DNA from: Spirochaetales bacterium
Lineage (GTDB): Bacteria > Spirochaetota > Spirochaetia > DSM-27196 > SLST01
Direction: 5' to 3'
Assembly: GCA_007127335.1 (NCBI GenBank)
Contig: SKZO01000066.1
Span: forward strand, 199-64,198
Length of the DNA stretch: 64,000 bases
Positions within the stretch are counted from its first letter, which is position 1. Each line of letters begins with the position of its first letter. Shown piece by piece: positions 62,489 to 64,000 of the stretch. A program made the translations under genes and the position numbers. The notes under the pieces were generated by a model, which was given only the letters and a program-made list of their open reading frames with translations, was not told the DNA's origin and searched no databases.

Positions 62489-64000
62489 GGTCCGAGCCTC
62501 GTGCGGATGACGAGTCGGCTGTCAACCGCCAGGTTTTCGCCAATGACCTGCAGCGGATCGGGGTGAACAAGGCTTTCGGCCTCGATCTCGATCGTAGGGT
62601 TGACGCCGCGAGCGAGCGTGAAGTCGACGATGAGCGGGAGCGGGGGCCTGCGGCCGATCGAGATGCGGGCCGATCTACGGTCCGGTGAAATGTCAACAGG
62701 ATATCCTACGTCGTAGATCACCATGGGGTCGGGCGAGGTGAAGTGAATGGAGACGTTGTACAAAGGCACCGGCGCGTCGATCTCCAGCCTGCCCCGGTCG
62801 CGTTCGAGAAAGACCTCGTAGGAGAGTCGGACCGACAGCACATCCGGCAGGAGCAGCGACGACCGGGAATGCTCGCGTCCGGCCGTTACCAGCTCGTCCT
62901 CCTCTCCGGCGAAGATCACCCGGATCTCTCCAAGGGGGGCCGGGCTCGCGAGGTCGAGCCGGCGTTCGAGCTCAGGGTAGTCCACCGTCTCGATCGCACG
63001 TACCGGTTGCGGGTTCATGGGCGAAAACGGGGTGCTCACCAGTACGAAGGTGAGAATGCCGAGCACGAAGACGCCGGAGACGACTGAGGCGCTGCGTAGC
63101 GCGAAGCTCCGTTTCCCACGCACGGGGTGGCGGACCATGAAGTCGAGTCTGATCAGCATCAGGAGGAAGGGCAGGATCATGAAGGAGATCAGCAGATCCC
63201 CCTGCGGCGAGAGAAGCAACCGTTCGGCGAGGTCGAGTTCGGGTACCCGGAAGACGTTCAGCGTGACGACGATGAGGAAGAAAGGCGCGATCAGGAGTGC
63301 GAGTGCCTTGAGCGTTCGGGAGCGGACGACCGAGAAGACGAAAGCCCACACGTACGCCCAAATGAAATAGTAGCTCAGCGAGACGTCGATGATGCTGAAA
63401 ATGACGATGTCGATGAACAGCACGAAGAGGGCCGACGCGGAGTAGAAGCTGCCGCGTTTGGAGAGCGGGAGATACCGGAGCAGCTGCGCGGCAACGCTGA
63501 AGAGAAAGAAGGACAGCGCGATCTTGAGCGCAAAGTAGGCACCGGGGTACCAGGTCCAGATTGTCGGGAAGCGGCGCGCCGTCAACAGCAGCTCGAGCAG
63601 TTGCGTGGCGGCGGTGAGGAACCCGAAGACGAGCAGGAAGAGCATGGGCAGGTTCCAGCCGTTCCTGAGCGTGGTTCGCAGGTAGCGTTTCAGCTTGTGG
63701 CGAAAGACCAGGGCGTAGAAGAGCGTTGCGAGCAATACTCCCAGAAGGACGAGCAGAAAGTCCTGTTCCGCAACGAGAACGGACCGCGGGCCGGCCCGGA
63801 ACGAGAGATAGTGCCTGTCCCAGACGTCCGGAATGCTGAGGGAGAATCCGCGCGCCCATTCGGCCGACACCTGCGACAGCACCTGCGCGACCGCGGCAAC
63901 CGAAGGAGGGGCCAACCCCGTCTCGCCCGAGCGCAGGTGAACGGCCGGTATGTCCGCCTGCAGAAATGCGACCAGAGGCGCGGGAGCGTCGGTCAGGCCG
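62485..64000 (-). CDS. Polytopic membrane protein, C-terminal part (5' end outside window; upstream segment looks M28-peptidase-like)
   Basis: The track start at 63915 is a TTG inside a longer frame. The frame stays open to the window edge (GLTDAPAPLVAFLQADIPAVHLRSGETG...). About 8 TM helices are followed by a soluble C-terminal domain. Shares an ATGA junction with dinB. Confidence 0.6.
   Translation of the reverse strand, partial: GLTDAPAPLVAFLQADIPAVHLRSGETGLAPPSVAAVAQVLSQVSAEWARGFSLSIPDVWDRHYLSFRAGPRSVLVAEQDFLLVLLGVLLATLFYALVFRHKLKRYLRTTLRNGWNLPMLFLLVFGFLTAATQLLELLLTARRFPTIWTWYPGAYFALKIALSFFLFSVAAQLLRYLPLSKRGSFYSASALFVLFIDIVIFSIIDVSLSYYFIWAYVWAFVFSVVRSRTLKALALLIAPFFLIVVTLNVFRVPELDLAERLLLSPQGDLLISFMILPFLLMLIRLDFMVRHPVRGKRSFALRSASVVSGVFVLGILTFVLVSTPFSPMNPQPVRAIETVDYPELERRLDLASPAPLGEIRVIFAGEEDELVTAGREHSRSSLLLPDVLSVRLSYEVFLERDRGRLEIDAPVPLYNVSIHFTSPDPMVIYDVGYPVDISPDRRSARISIGRRPPLPLIVDFTLARGVNPTIEIEAESLVHPDPLQVIGENLAVDSRLVIRTRLGP

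Overview
This is a GC-rich, tightly packed bacterial chromosomal segment with about 55 protein-coding genes. I see no rRNA, tRNA, CRISPR array, transposase, integrase or recognisable defence island. Most of the content is core metabolism and housekeeping. That includes aconitase, RelA/SpoT, RF1 with PrmC, Xth, TrmL, AroC/AroK, a four-gene pyruvate dehydrogenase operon (E1alpha, E1beta, E2, E3), TrpS, DapL, DinB and an ABC-F ATPase. The rest is envelope lipoproteins and OMP-like proteins plus signalling genes (REC-PAS-GGDEF-EAL, a hybrid histidine kinase phosphorelay). Genes often overlap by 4-8 nt (ATGA/TGATG junctions), notably along a roughly 14-kb minus-strand run from about 28.1 kb down to 13.8 kb. 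Two genes run off the window edges and so are missing or truncated in the ORF track: a GH2 beta-mannosidase-like gene (1..1016, minus) and a polytopic membrane protein (62485..64000, minus). The best candidate for new biology is one 1129-aa polypeptide (7628..11017, minus). It fuses 2-oxoacid dehydrogenase E1alpha, E1beta and a lipoyl domain to a FabH-type KAS III domain in place of an E2 core. Two other loci deserve a second look. One is an nqrBCDEF cluster with no nqrA, a short NqrB and an unassigned trailing ORF (37244..41696). The other is a four-gene cluster joining a multi-REC phosphorelay to an MthK-like K+ channel and a stand-alone cyclic-nucleotide-binding protein (53292..58574). All functional calls come from my own reading of translated motifs; no database or HMM search was run. 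Start codons in this GC-rich DNA are often ambiguous. The source taxon cannot be determined from the sequence alone.
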